From the NCBI GenBank assembly GCA_040285825.1, contig JAUPSS010000007.1, positions 1,388,501 to 1,452,500 on the forward strand: DNA of 64,000 nt. Reading direction: 5' to 3'. Below the pieces are notes generated by a model that saw only the letters and a program-made list of their open reading frames with translations, was not told the origin of the DNA and searched no databases. This stretch comes from Eukaryota sp. TZLM1-RC. Taxonomy: Eukaryota > Protista > Metamonada: BaSk clade. The stretch's first letter is position 1; each line of letters starts with the position of its first letter. The position numbers and the translations under genes are program-made. Shown in pieces: positions 1 through 12,559 of the stretch.

Positions 1-1987
1 CAAATGAACATACACACTACTGGCCCACATAGCACAACTGCTACAGCAAACCATTCAAAAGATTTGCAACAGCGATCAAATAAAATGCACAAGGCGATGC
101 AGGAAAATATCACAACATCTGCAACAACAAATAACCTAAAGAAAGGCATAACCAAATCTGTCCAATATGGAGAGGAAAGATAAAAAGTGACAAAAATTAC
201 AGCGAAAACTCCGCAAAAAATGAGACTATTTTGAAAACAACTGAAATTATGTGGTTCAGTGGTGCCGAAAATCACTTTACGGTTGACTTTGGAACATGAG
301 AACAACAAGAAAAAACCATACACACTACATGAAAAGCTGAAATTCATCAATGTTAGTTGTAGAAAATCTTCAAGCTCATTGGCCAGGAACAGAGACAAGA
401 CTCGCATGAAAATCATACAAAAATACAAAAGTTCAGGAGGAAGGTATTTGACATCAGTCCTTTGTTTGAAGGTGTAAAAAAATATCATCAGTAGCGTTCC
501 AAGAAAAGGCACAATATACGGGTCAAATAATGCTGAAAGAAAGAGTCCAACAGCACAACATGAAAAAGACAAAAATCGTGGAAGTGCAAATGTTGTAAAA
601 TTATGCGAAGAGCGGGATCTTGAGTTACGTGTCCATGATGATGCAACATTTCTGCTTGAACGAGAGGTTGTCACGGGAGTTGAATTTCTTGAAGACGACT
701 GAGGAGCAGTGACTGCTGGGACTGATTTTAATGGAGGTGTTTCCAGTGCAAGAGTCATAGCACCAGGAGCAGATGGAATAAATTCTTCCCTGGAGTAATG
801 TGTACCAATAACGGCAGGTGAATTCCTCACAGATGATGGAAGAGTAGTGATAGGGGGGCTGTCATAAATTGACGTGCTGCCTGTGCAAGAGTCATGACAC
901 CGGGTGCGGATGGAATAACCTCTTCTGATGGGGGATTGGAATTTCCACGAACTTTCGCAAGAACTGAAGCCGCAGATGGGCGTGATCCAGGAGAAATTGC
1001 AACCATGGAATAGACAAGTGGTTTCCACTGAAGAGGTAGTTGTTCTAAATCTATCAATGCTTCGCCTTGTTTCTTGACACGCTCAACTTGTAAAGCTTGA
1101 GCGCTGCTAACTACATAAGAAGGGTTGTTATTCGTTAAAATAGCCCAAAACAGCACACCCAAAGAAAAAATGTCTACAGGTGAGCTAACTCTGATGCATT
1201 GGCCCATAAGGACCTCTGGTGCCATGTAGGCAACAGTTCCGAAGACTGCTTGTGTCGCTACAGCATTGTTACTTCGAGAATCATCAATGTCTCCAATCTT
1301 TGCGGCGGTGATACTACCGTTCCGTATTTTCAGCATAACATTTCCAGCAGAAATATCCCTATGAACAAATCCTTTCTCATGAAGAACTGTCAGCCCAGCA
1401 GCGGCATCTTCCATAATCAACTCTGCTTCAGACAATGAGAAAAGCTGCTCTTTCAGAAAACACTGTTCAATGGATGAAGACATACGTTCCTGAACCAGCC
1501 CCGGTGGATTATAGGTAACACCATATAAAGCAACAATGTGATCGGTAACACCAATACTCTTAAACAGTTGGAATGTTCTTTCAACGTCTTTGCGAACTGC
1601 ATCGATGTTATCAACAGAGTAGTAGGGACATTTCCACACAACATCATTTGATCGTAAGCGAGCAGTTAAAATTTCGGCCTTAGGTGTTCGAACCAATAAA
1701 CTTTTGTGAAGGAGATCTGATGTGTCGACGGTGGTTGGTTTGAGCATACTTTGCATGCCTTCTTTCAGATTGTAGTTAACTCTAACCTCATCAAGGGAAG
1801 AGGGTTCTCTGCAGCATGGGCAACTGGGATTTATTGGTAACCACTGGTTCATGCAATCTGCACAGAAACTGTGACCACAAGGGAGAACGACGGGATTCAG
1901 GAGAAGACCTCCATGAATGATGCATAAGAAGCTTTCATGGTAATCGTCCATGTATGATCTCGAACAAAATTCACGAATTTCCTTCAT
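1..1987 (-). pseudogene. Paralog of the RING-kinase-multipass TM gene (9657-11873); one 1-bp frameshift near 853-858; runs off the window edge
   Basis: ORF 827-1987 is near-identical to the RING and kinase part of 9657-11873. DNA similarity continues into the TM region to about position 240. A C-run is one base short (GCCCCCCTATC vs GCCTCCCCTATC) and there is an in-frame 24-bp deletion near 805. The frameshift may be a homopolymer sequencing error. Confidence 0.85.
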
Positions 1988-3257
1988 TCAGCATTCACAA
2001 AAATGGTATGTATTCTTTCTTCTCACTTCTCTGTTATCTGGAATCGGAAAAAAACCCTTGAGCTATTTCATTCAATGAATAAAAGGAAAATGATCCAGGT
2101 CAAGGTTAAGGTCACATTGGGAGGATGGTAGGATCGTCCTCTTTGGACGTGTTATCAATCATATTGAAGATACATTATGTTGTTGCATGTGCAGAAGATC
2201 CTGAACTCTTTCCGGTACAACAGCTGAAGCCGATGATTTGTTCATCATTTTTCACCCATTGTAGAATATTTCACACTATTTCACACGGGCTATCAAGAAG
2301 AAACTTTCAATCAACATGGCAGAAGAAGAGTGAATAATTGTGAATTCATTTGATAAAATATGGTACAAATTTCACCTTTGAGAAAAATTGCATTGTGCTT
2401 CACTAAATAATGCTGTTAGAATCAGTTATTTTATATAAAACTTTTTACATAAATGCACGTAAATGAACTGCTGCTAGAAAGAAATGATTAAATTGTGATT
2501 GAGTAAAAGATCTCCGAGTTGTCATTATGTCTCCTCTATTGTTAAAAAATTGTGCTTTGATGTGAAATAAAACACTGACTACTGAACCAAGTTATGAATA
2601 TTTAATGAATTAAATGATGAATGAAGGAAAAGAAGTGAGAACAAAATGTTGGTTAATCGGCCTGACATTGACTCTTCTGTAATCGGTGATCAAATTGTCG
2701 TAGTACTGAATTGGGGGCATAGATGTTTACGAATTCAATTTGTTTGTGCAACTTTTGAATACTTTGATTTAAAATATCATGGAGAGTTAGTTCCGTCATT
2801 GTCAAAGTATTCTGGAATGAAATGTTTTCTTCCTGAAATCTGGTCCAATTGCACATTTGCCGATATTCAAACAATTCCATTCCGTGTGGTGTACTGTATT
2901 TGCCATGTTATCAATTCATCAAACTTATCATTACATATCGCTCACTTGTTCTCCATGCTGTTGCAGACCAACTAAATGCCGCTTTGAAACGTATAACAAT
3001 CATCATTGTGAAGATTTGTTTGAACAGGACGGTATATTTATCCATGATATGACAAATGATTATACAGTCCGGTAACACCAGGCTGATATATAGAATAACT
3101 CCTGTGAAAATTAAAAACACAATTGTTTTGCCAAAAGCTCTTCCGCTACGTTGTTTCACAATTTTAACAAAATCATCCGGAAAAGACAAATCAAGAGGTC
3201 GAAGCGTGTCATGAAGGGTAACTGTAAATGGACAGAAGACATAAAGGGTATGCGATT
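1..3257. repeat. Left arm of a large inverted duplication; right arm 4522-5820 continuing at 9650 to about 11440
   Basis: Reverse-complement match readable throughout (3181-3257 vs 4522-4600; 1951-2100 vs 5670-5820). ORFs 2857-3075 and 4704-4922 mirror each other. Confidence 0.92.
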
Positions 3258-4715
3258 ACAACGATATTGGTCTTTTTCTTAATGCCGACAAATGTCTCCT
3301 CATAGGAAAAGTAAAAGATAGATTAACCATTGATGGTGTTGAAATTCCTCTCCTTAACTCTTCCTCAGATACTTTTCAAATGTTCCAAAAACTACTTAAG
3401 AATTGAATAATATTTTAATGAAATTGGGTTCTGAACTTAACACAATTTCGTCATTTGAAATTGAGAAATATATTAAGTTTTTTATCTTCAAAATTTGCTA
3501 ATCCGGTGAAATAACTCACATTTTAAGAACAACATCTTCTGATATTTCAGAGTATAGTGTTGCCAATCATTTAACTATTTGAGAACAAATTTTTTTGCAT
3601 CTTTGATTGATGTCAATCCTGAACTAATTCGAAGTCATGTATTTTCATCATCTAATTTTGGTGAAATTAATTTCACTAAGTCCTCTTTTCTCTGTCAGGC
3701 GGCTTTACTTGGTGGCAAGATATTGTTTTTGAATTTTGCAACCGTTTCCCTAATGATATGAGTTTATTGAATTTTACAAGCAATAATTTTCTCAGAGACC
3801 TACAAAATGCTCTTGATTGATTGCCCTCGGTAATTTGGAGTAAATTTTTTCCCCAAAATGTACAGGAAATACTATCTAGAACACTAGTTAATTTGAGGTC
3901 TTTAGTAAACAAATTGCAACAAAAGTTAACAATAATTTTTGCAGACTTGGATTTCAATGTTCGTCTCAGCTCGGCCAAAGAAGATAATCCCGCTTTTGCA
4001 AATTTTTTGTTAGATGTCCAAAACAGTTCCTTTTTTGTTTGATTACTCAAATTCGTCAACTTTATGGTCTTCTTTTGAATGATGCCGAATTTTCTTGTAC
4101 AATGCGCTTTTTTTATTTTATTTATGCTGATGACGTGCCTCATAATTTGACTTGCAAATTTGGATCAAAAATTTCTCCAAATCATTTATTCAATTTCAAA
4201 CATTGTGTTACTTTCCGATCAACAGTTCATGATGAGAGATCAACTCTACTGTCTATCAAAATATCATAGAATTGTTTTTCATTTTCACGCATTACTTTCC
4301 ACTTTAGTTGATGAAGATACTTTGAATTCGTTTGGTCGAAATAGAGGTGATTTAGTGTTTGAAGGTCTTGAAGGTACTACCATTTCAACAGATGTGAGAT
4401 CCACTGATGTATGTAATGATTCTTTAATTTCAATGGCTCAATCAAAATAAGGGGCACCTCAACTGTTTCCGAATAGCCAAAATTGATAAATACAAAGCGC
4501 AATTGTTATCCTTGAATGCAGAATCGCATACCCTTTATGTCTTCTGTCCATTTACAGTTACCCTTCATGGCACGCTTCGGCCTCTTGATTTGTCTTTTCC
4601 GGATGATTTTGTTAAAATTGAGAAACAACGTAGCGGAAGAGCTTTTGGCAAAACAATTGTGTTTTTAATTTTCACAGGAGTTATTCTATATATCAGCCTG
4701 GTGTTACCGGACTGT
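3258..4715 (+). mobile_element. Degenerate 5'-truncated CRE-clade non-LTR retrotransposon (family D)
   Basis: Fragments read LRTNFFASLIDVN..SSNFGEINFTKS, CKFGSKISPNHLFNFKH..VHD (CCHC remnant), FGRNRGDLVFEG..TDV (RLE) and FCPFTVTLHGTLRP; many stops and frameshifts. Confidence 0.85.
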
Positions 4716-5820
4716 ATAATCATTTGTCATATCATGGATAAATATACCGTTCTGTTCAAACAAATCTTCACAATGATGATTGTTATACGTTTCAACGCGG
4801 CATTTAGTTGGTCTGCAATAGCATGGAGAACAAGTGAGCGATATGTAATTATAAGTTTGATGAATTGATAACATGGCAAATACAGTACACCACACGGAAT
4901 GGAATTGTTTGAATATCGGCAAATGTGCAATTGGACCAGATTTCAGGAAGAAAACATTTCATTCCAGAATTCTTTGACAATGACGGAACTAACTCTCCAT
5001 GATATTTCAAATCAAAGTATTCAAAAGTTCCACAAATAAATTGAATTCGTAAACATCTACGCCCCCAATTGAGTACTACGACATTTTGATCACCGATTAC
5101 AGAAGCCTCAATGTCAGGTCGATTAAACAACATTTTGTGCTCACTTCTTTTCCTTCATTCATCATTTAATTCATTGAATATTCATAACCTGGTTCAGTAG
5201 TCAGTGTTTTATTTCACATCAAAGCACAATTTTTTAACAATAGAGGAGACATAATGACAACTCGGAGATCTTTTACTCAATCACAATTTAATCATTTCTT
5301 TCTAGCAGCAGTTCATTTACGTGAATTTAAAAAAGTTTTATATAAAATAACTGATTCTGACAGCATTATTTACTGAAGCACATTGCAATTTTTCTCAAAG
5401 GTGAAATTTGTACCATATTTTATCAACTGAATTCACAATTATTCACTCTTCTTCTGCCATGTTGATTGAAAGCTTCTTCTTGATAGCCCGTGTGAAATAT
5501 TCTACAATGGGTGAAATATGATGAACAAATCATCGGCTTCAGCTGTTGTACCGGAAAGAGTTCAAGATTCTTCTGCACATGCAACAACATAATGTATCTT
5601 CAATATGATTGATAACACGTCTAAAGAGTAATGTCCTACCATCCTCCCAATGTGACCTTAACCTTGACCTGGATCATTTTCCTTTTATTCATTGAATGAA
5701 ATAGCTCAAGGGTTTTTTTCCGATTCCAGACAACAGCGATGTGAGAAGAAAGAATACATACCATTTTTGTGAATGCTGAATGAAGGAAATTCGTGAATTT
5801 TGTTTGAGATCTTACATGGA

Positions 5821-8800
5821 AAAAAACAATAATTGATGATATTGAAATTCAAGCCAAATTATATTCAATTGATGCTATTCGTCATTTGGGTTCGTTTTTA
5901 GGAAATAATTTTCAACCCAGCCCACTATTTTCAACAATTGATTGTTTTGAAAATTAATCCTCCATTTGAATTACTCGCAGCACGTCTGATTGCTTTAGTA
6001 AAGCCTGGAAACGGAATCAAACCTGATGGAATACGTCCAATTGCTGTTGGTGAATCTCTTTCTCGTTTGCTAGCATCAATTGTCTTCGATCTTGTCAAAG
6101 ACAAAGCTTCTACATTTTTGAATCCTCATCAATTTGGAATCAAAACAATTGATGGTGCTTCTGTTGCTGCTATTGCCTCTGATACCTTTTTTAATGCAGA
6201 GGAAAATAATTTTATTTTTAATCTCGACTTTAAAAATGCTTTTAATTCTGTAAAGCGAGAAGCAATTTTTGAAGTTATTAAATCTGATTTTCCTGAGCTA
6301 TCGAGTTTTTTCTACCATTTTTATGGGAAAGAATCAGATTTAATGTTTAATTCATTTGCTCTTAAATCATCTTCTGGAGTGAAGCAAGGTGATCCTTTAG
6401 GTCCATTATTGTTTTGTTTAGCTGTTCACAAAACTTTAAATATCATTAAGCAAAAATACCCTTCTATAAAAATAGTTGCTTATATGGATGATATATCCTT
6501 GATTGGTTCATTTGATTTACTAGAATTGGTGGCTCAAGAAATTGCCGATTCATATGAAAATATTGGGCTTCATCTTAATGCCAGCAAATGCCTTCTGATT
6601 GGCTCTTCTGCTCAAGACCTCGTGATAAACGATTCTATTGTCCCTTTTACTAATTATAGTAGTGATGCTTTTAAGTTCCTTGGTTGTTGGTTAGGAAACG
6701 TGCCTCAAATTCAGAATGAATTGCAAGTTATTTTGGAAAAAATGAAAATTGAACTTGATTCAATTTCTTCATTAGATATAGAAAAGCATATTAAATTTTT
6801 CATGCTTAAAATTTGCTACACTGGGAGAATAACCCACATTTTGAGATCTTGTGCTCCTTCCATAGCATTAGATTTTTGTCGTTCTTTTAATTCATTGAGA
6901 ACAGAATTTTTTGCTGATTTATTGGATGTAGAACCAGGAATGTTGAAAAGCCATTTATTTTCTTCAGCAAATTTGGGTGGTATTGGTTTTACTAAATCTT
7001 CAATTTTGTGTCAATCAGCATTCTTGGGTGGTGGCAAAATTTTATTTATGAATTTTCTCGTAGATTTCCTGATGATTCTCATCTGTTAGTCCCCAATTGT
7101 AGTCCCTATTTGTATGAGTTATCTTGTGAACTTGAAAAATTACCGCCACAAATTTGGACCAAATGTTTTCCTCAATCAATTCAAGAAATTCCAAACCGAT
7201 CTCTATTTAATTTACAGTTTTGCTGTAAAAAGCTTCAACAAAATTGTCAAAGATTTTTGAAAGCTTGGATTTTGATGTTAGACTTGGCTTGGCCAAGAAA
7301 AAGAATCCCGCTTTTGCAAATCTTTTTACAAGATATATGTGACAGTACTTCTTCTGCCTTAGTAACAACAATTCCACAAGTTTATGGTACTCTCTTATCC
7401 GATTCTGCTTGGACTCTGAATATGAGATTTCGTTCCTTTATCTGGCCTGATAATTTACCTTATAATTTAATTTGTAAATGTTCTCGAGAAATTACAACTA
7501 CTCATTTGTTAAATTGTAAACATTTTATTACTTTTAGAAGCAAGGTTCATGATGCTGTAAGAGACCAGTTATATTGTATGTGTAAATCTCATAGAATTGA
7601 ATCCTTCTTGGAACCTCTGTTGTCAAATCTGTTTGATGCTGAAAATGATTTTCATAAGAATAATAGAGGTGGTGTCATATTACCTGGATTAGATGGAAGC
7701 TTCATTTTATTGGATGTAATGTCTGTTGATCCTTGTAATGCCTCAAATGAAAGGCTTGTTAATTCTGAAATTCATAATCCCCTTTCAAATGCTGAAAATT
7801 TTAAATTCAAAAAATACAATGAACCTTTGTCCAAATTGGCCAGTCTACAGCATGCAAAATACAATTTGTATCCATTTGTATTTTCCCTTTTTGGTTCACT
7901 TGCACCAACTGCTTTACGTTTTTTGGATGATTTTGAAATGATTGTAAAGAGCAGAACTGGCAGAAATTTCAACAGATTGTTTTGGCAAAATAGAATTGTG
8001 TTTTCTATTTTTAAGGGGATGTTGAAGATGGTTTCTGATGCTTTGCTTTCTCTTGGATCTCACTATGAGAGAGTTGCATCTAGTGTTCTTGTTTTGGGAG
8101 AGATGGATTTTTTAGATGTTGATTTATAGGTTTAGAATAAAATTAAATTTAAAAAAATTTTAGGAAATAATGATGAAATTACCAAAAAATTGTTTGAAAA
8201 GTTGAACTCAATTTCTGACAAAATTGACCGAATGATGAATTTAGATATAAAAAACACATCAAATTTACCATTATAAGACTGTGTTTTAGTTCCAATTTTA
8301 ATCATATATTTCGATCTACAAATCCTCTCGTCACTAGACCTTTGGCTCAAAAGTTTAATGAGTTACGTGCAAAAGTTCTGTCTCAATTACTGGGATGTAA
8401 AATGTTTCAAATTCCAGATCATGCTTACCTTAGTCCACATTATGGTGGTTTAGGGTGGACGAAGGCTTCTATTCTTACATCTTGTGCTTTTTTTGGTGGA
8501 TGCAGAAATGCAATCTTTGAGTTTTCCGAAAGATTTGCAGATTGGGAAGATTTATTGATGACAACGCAAAGTTCCACTGTTTTTGCATTAAATGAAGAAA
8601 TTTCAAGAATTGATGTAGAATAATGGGGTTGATGTTTTCCCCAGTCATTCAATGGCAATATTCTAGAAAAAAATGTTTTAAATTTGAAGTACACTCTTCG
8701 AACATTACAGAAAAGATTGACTGGAATGTATGAAAAAGATCTTTATAATAATATTTGCAGCTCGGCTGTTTTAAATCAAGATCTTCACTCATTGTTATTG

Positions 8801-9649
8801 GAAAAGGGTGTTTGTGAAAACAAGGCGTCAGATTCTTCACTTTTTGTCACCATTGTACCACGAAGATTTGGATTGTGTGCCACTTATGAAGCATTTGTAA
8901 CAAAAATGAGATTATATTTGAACATCCCCATTAACCAATTATTATCAAAAGAAAAATGTATTTGTTCGAATTCACCTCAACTCGCTTTGCGCCATGCTCT
9001 AAATTGCTCTAAATTGATAACTTATTGTTCTTCATTACATGATGCTGTTAGAGACACTGTTTTCAATATGGCACAAACTGCAAGGATATCGTGTATCAAA
9101 GAGCCCCTGCTGAAGGAAACACTTTCTCTGAATAATTTTGGTTCTGATGATAGAGGTGATGTATACTGTGATTGGATTGATAATTCTGAAGCTATTGTTG
9201 ACTTTGTCTCATGTAATGTTGCAAACGATACTTTGGTTCACAGAAGAAAACTTAATCCTGTGGCTGCTCTGGATTTTAAAGCAAAAGAAAAACATAGAAA
9301 ATATGATAAAGAAATTGAAGATGCAAATGTCGATAGAAATACACAGCTGGTTTTTATTGCTTTCCCATTTTCGATAAATGGAAGATTATCAGTTGAAGCA
9401 GAAACTTTTTTGGATGACTTCCAAAAAATGGTGAAAGAAAAAACAATGAAAAGATTTGATATTTTTTTATGGCGTTCACGGATTCAATTTGCCATTATTA
9501 ATAGATTACCGCGGTTTTTCAATCGAATTAGAGAAGCTTTAGCTAGACAGCAAGCAAATCAAGATTTTGTAGAGGAAATCTTGGTTTAATGATAGTCGTC
9601 CCATTAGTTATGATTTAATTTAATCAAGTGTGCAAATTCAATAAATACC
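5821..9649 (+). mobile_element. 5'-truncated CRE-clade element (family B) with 12-bp TSD ATCTTACATGGA; interrupted by a family A element
   Basis: TSD at 5809-5820 and 9650-9661. 5821-5909 (IEIQAKLYSIDAIRHLGSFLGNN) rejoins 8172 onward (DEITKKLFEKL). CICSNS..HALNC..HDAVRD zinc knuckle and DDRGDVY..VDF..KEKHRKY RLE lie in ORF 8684-9589. Ends TTCAATAAATAC without poly(A). Confidence 0.93.
5910..8157 (+). mobile_element. 5'-truncated CRE-clade element (family A): RT + CCHC + RLE, nested in family B with 14-bp TSD TTTTAGGAAATAAT
   Basis: RT motifs IRPIAVGE, QFG, LDFKNAFNSV, GVKQGDPLGP, AYMDD, FLG. CKCSREITTTHLLNC..HDAVRD knuckle; RLE LDV..AENFKFKKY. A7 tail at 8151-8157; TSD at 5896-5909 and 8158-8171; frameshifts near 7040 and 7240-7320. 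Confidence 0.95.
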
Positions 9650-9656
9650 ATCTTAC

Positions 9657-11873
9657 ATGGACGATTTTCATGAAAGCTTCTTATGCATCATTCATGGAGG
9701 TCTTCTCCTGGATCCCGTCGTTCTCCCTTGTGGTCACAGTTTCTGTGCAGAATGCATGAAGAAGTGGCTACCAATAAGTCCCACTTGCCCATGCTGCAGA
9801 GAACCCTCTTCCCTTGATGAGTTGAGAGTTAACTACAATCTGAAAGAAGGCATGCAAAGTATGCTCAAACCAACCACCGTCAACACATCAGATCTCCTTC
9901 ACAAAAGTTTATTGGTTCGAACACCTAAGGCCGAAATTTTAACTGCTCGCTTACGATCAAATGATGTTGTCTGGAAATGTCCCTACTACTCTGTTGATAA
10001 CATCGATGCAGTTCGCAAAGACGTTGAAAGAACATTCCAATTGTTTAAGAGTATTGGGGTTACCGATCACATTGTTGCTTTATATGGTGTTACCGATAAT
10101 CCTCCTGGGCTGGTTCAAGAACGTATGTCTTCATCCATTGAACAGTGTTTTCTGAAAGAGCAGCTCATCTCATTGTCTGAAGCAGAGTTGATTATGGAAG
10201 ATGCCGCTGCTGGGCTGACAGTTCTTCATGAGAAAGGATTTGTTCATAGGGATATTTCTGCTGGAAATGTTATGCTGAAAATACGGAACGGTAGTATAAC
10301 CGCCGCAAAGATTGGAGACATTGATGATTCTCGTAGTAACAATGCTGTAGCGACACAAGCAGTCTTCGGAACTGTTGCCTACATGGCACCAGAGGTCCTT
10401 ATGGGCCAATGCATCACAGTTAGCTCATCTGTAGACATTTTTTCTTTGGGTGTGCTGTTTTGGGCTATTTTAACGAACAACAACCCTTCTTATGTAGTTA
10501 GCAGTGCTCAAGCTTTACAAGTTGAGCGTATCAAGAAACAAGGCGAAGCATTGATAGATTTAGAACAACTACCTCTTCAGTGGACACCGCTTGTCTATTC
10601 CATGGTTGCAATTTCTCCTGGATCACGCCCATCTGCGGCTTCAGTTCTTGCGAAAATTCGTGGAAATTCCAATCCCCCATCAGAAGAGGTTATTCCATCC
10701 GCACCCGGTGTCATGACTCTTGCACAGGCAGCACATCAATTTATGTCAGCCTCCCCTATCACTACTCTTCCATCATCTGTGAGGAATTCACCTGCCGTGA
10801 CTGGTACAACTTCTCGTTCACCATCATTGACACATTACTCCAGGGAAGAATTCATTCCATCCGCTCCTGGTGCTATGACTCTTGCACTGGAAACACCTCC
10901 ATTAAAATCAGTCCCAGCAGTCACTGCTCCTCGGTATTCTTCAGGAAATTCAACTCCCGTGACAACTTCTCGTTCAAGCAGAAATGTTGCATCATCACTG
11001 ACACGTAACTCAAGATCCCGCTCTTCGGAGAATTTCACAACATTTGCACTTCCACGATTTTTGTCTTTTTCATGTTGTGCTGTTGGACTCTTTCTTTCAG
11101 CATTTTTTGTTCCGTATATTGTGCCTTTTCTTGGAACGCTACTGATGATATTTTTTTACACCTTCAAACAAAGGACTGATGTCAAATACCTTCCACCTGA
11201 ACTTTTGTATTTTTGCATGATTTTCATGCGAGTCTTGTCTCTGTTCCCGGCCAATGAGCTTGAAGATTTTCCACAACAAAAACTGATGAATTTTAGCTTT
11301 TCATGTAGTGTGTATGGTTTTTTCTTGTTGTTCTCATGTTCCAAAGTCCACCGTAAAGTTGTTTTCGGCACCACTGAATCAAATAATTTTAGTTGTTATC
11401 GAAATAGTCTCATTTTTTGCGGAGTTTTTGCTTTATTTTTTATCACTTTTTATATGGTTTTTGCCTCTGCATCAGAGTGGCTCTTTTCTTTTCTTTATGG
11501 TTATCTTGTTTTAGACTTAATAATGTTCACCTCTATCGCATTATGTACAAAATTCGAACGTTTTGGTAAGCATTTGGAATGGGTTGCTATAGGAATTATT
11601 TTGTTCGGGGCAGTGTTGAGCAATTGGAGTTATGTATATTATTCAGAACTTTCGGTTGCGATGATTATTCAACTCTTACCATTTGTGTATTCTTCTGCCT
11701 CTTCAGCTTTTATTGGATATGCGCTATTTCAAGTGGACAAAGACTCTGTACGTACTAAGTTTATCATTATTTATTCCCTTGTCTGCACAATTATAACCCT
11801 TCCAGTTTTTTGGCCCATGAATTCTTATTTTGTGCCTCTTACGATCCCTTTTTTCATTTTCGAAATAGAATAG
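9657..11873 (+). CDS. RING finger + atypical Ser/Thr kinase + Ser/Thr/Pro linker + about 9-10 TM segments (738 aa)
   Basis: CIIH..PVVLPCGHSFCAEC..CPCC RING; VWK, HRDISAGN, KIGDIDD, GTVAYMAPE, DIFSLG and RPSA kinase motifs; hydrophobic C-terminal 270 aa. Confidence 0.9.
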   Translation: MDDFHESFLCIIHGGLLLDPVVLPCGHSFCAECMKKWLPISPTCPCCREPSSLDELRVNYNLKEGMQSMLKPTTVNTSDLLHKSLLVRTPKAEILTARLRSNDVVWKCPYYSVDNIDAVRKDVERTFQLFKSIGVTDHIVALYGVTDNPPGLVQERMSSSIEQCFLKEQLISLSEAELIMEDAAAGLTVLHEKGFVHRDISAGNVMLKIRNGSITAAKIGDIDDSRSNNAVATQAVFGTVAYMAPEVLMGQCITVSSSVDIFSLGVLFWAILTNNNPSYVVSSAQALQVERIKKQGEALIDLEQLPLQWTPLVYSMVAISPGSRPSAASVLAKIRGNSNPPSEEVIPSAPGVMTLAQAAHQFMSASPITTLPSSVRNSPAVTGTTSRSPSLTHYSREEFIPSAPGAMTLALETPPLKSVPAVTAPRYSSGNSTPVTTSRSSRNVASSLTRNSRSRSSENFTTFALPRFLSFSCCAVGLFLSAFFVPYIVPFLGTLLMIFFYTFKQRTDVKYLPPELLYFCMIFMRVLSLFPANELEDFPQQKLMNFSFSCSVYGFFLLFSCSKVHRKVVFGTTESNNFSCYRNSLIFCGVFALFFITFYMVFASASEWLFSFLYGYLVLDLIMFTSIALCTKFERFGKHLEWVAIGIILFGAVLSNWSYVYYSELSVAMIIQLLPFVYSSASSAFIGYALFQVDKDSVRTKFIIIYSLVCTIITLPVFWPMNSYFVPLTIPFFIFEIE

Positions 11874-12559
11874 ACTGGGTCTTAAATTAGTGGATTTATT
11901 TTTATTGTTTTGTTTTGTAAATCATTATTACTTATTGCTTGCTCACCTTTTGGACAACAAACAGTGTGTCATCACAATGCAATGGGCTGTTTTGGTGCTG
12001 TTTGGGGCAAGAAAGGAACCAATGCATAAGAAGTTTGTTGTTGTTCTCGTATTGTAGGTGTTTCCACTTTTGAGGCATAATTTGAATAAATTGCAGCACC
12101 AGTGCTTTGGCTGTGAAATGGGTTTTCTAAAAAATCGTATGACAAACTCCAATCCCTCTTCAAACTGTGTTGTTAGACCAATTAAGTGATTTAAATGTGT
12201 CATTTGAAGGTTTTACTGTAACAACCATGACCAAATGTTGTGGTAGAGGATCATTTTTGGGACTAAGTTTGGCTGAACCACATGCTGATTTTTCACCCAT
12301 TTGTCTAATGTCAATATATCCCCTTAAAAAAGGTAGTTTCATGCCTGGGCATAGACATTGGCACCGACAACGAGCTTTTACATGTATTTCCCTAATAGTG
12401 ATCGTTGAATCATCGTGAAAAGTCTTTTCAACTGTTTGATTAGATGTTATCAACGAAAACTGAAAAGGTTATCATAATAGTTTCAACATGATTTGCTCCC
12501 AAAGTCTAAAAGAAAGAAAAATCAATTATATAAGGTTAATCTGCGGAAACTCACATCTG

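Noticed and set aside
2646-5133. Small ORFs conserved in two copies (2857-3075/4704-4922 and others)
   Set aside because: Conservation is explained by the recent inverted duplication; no recognisable motifs.
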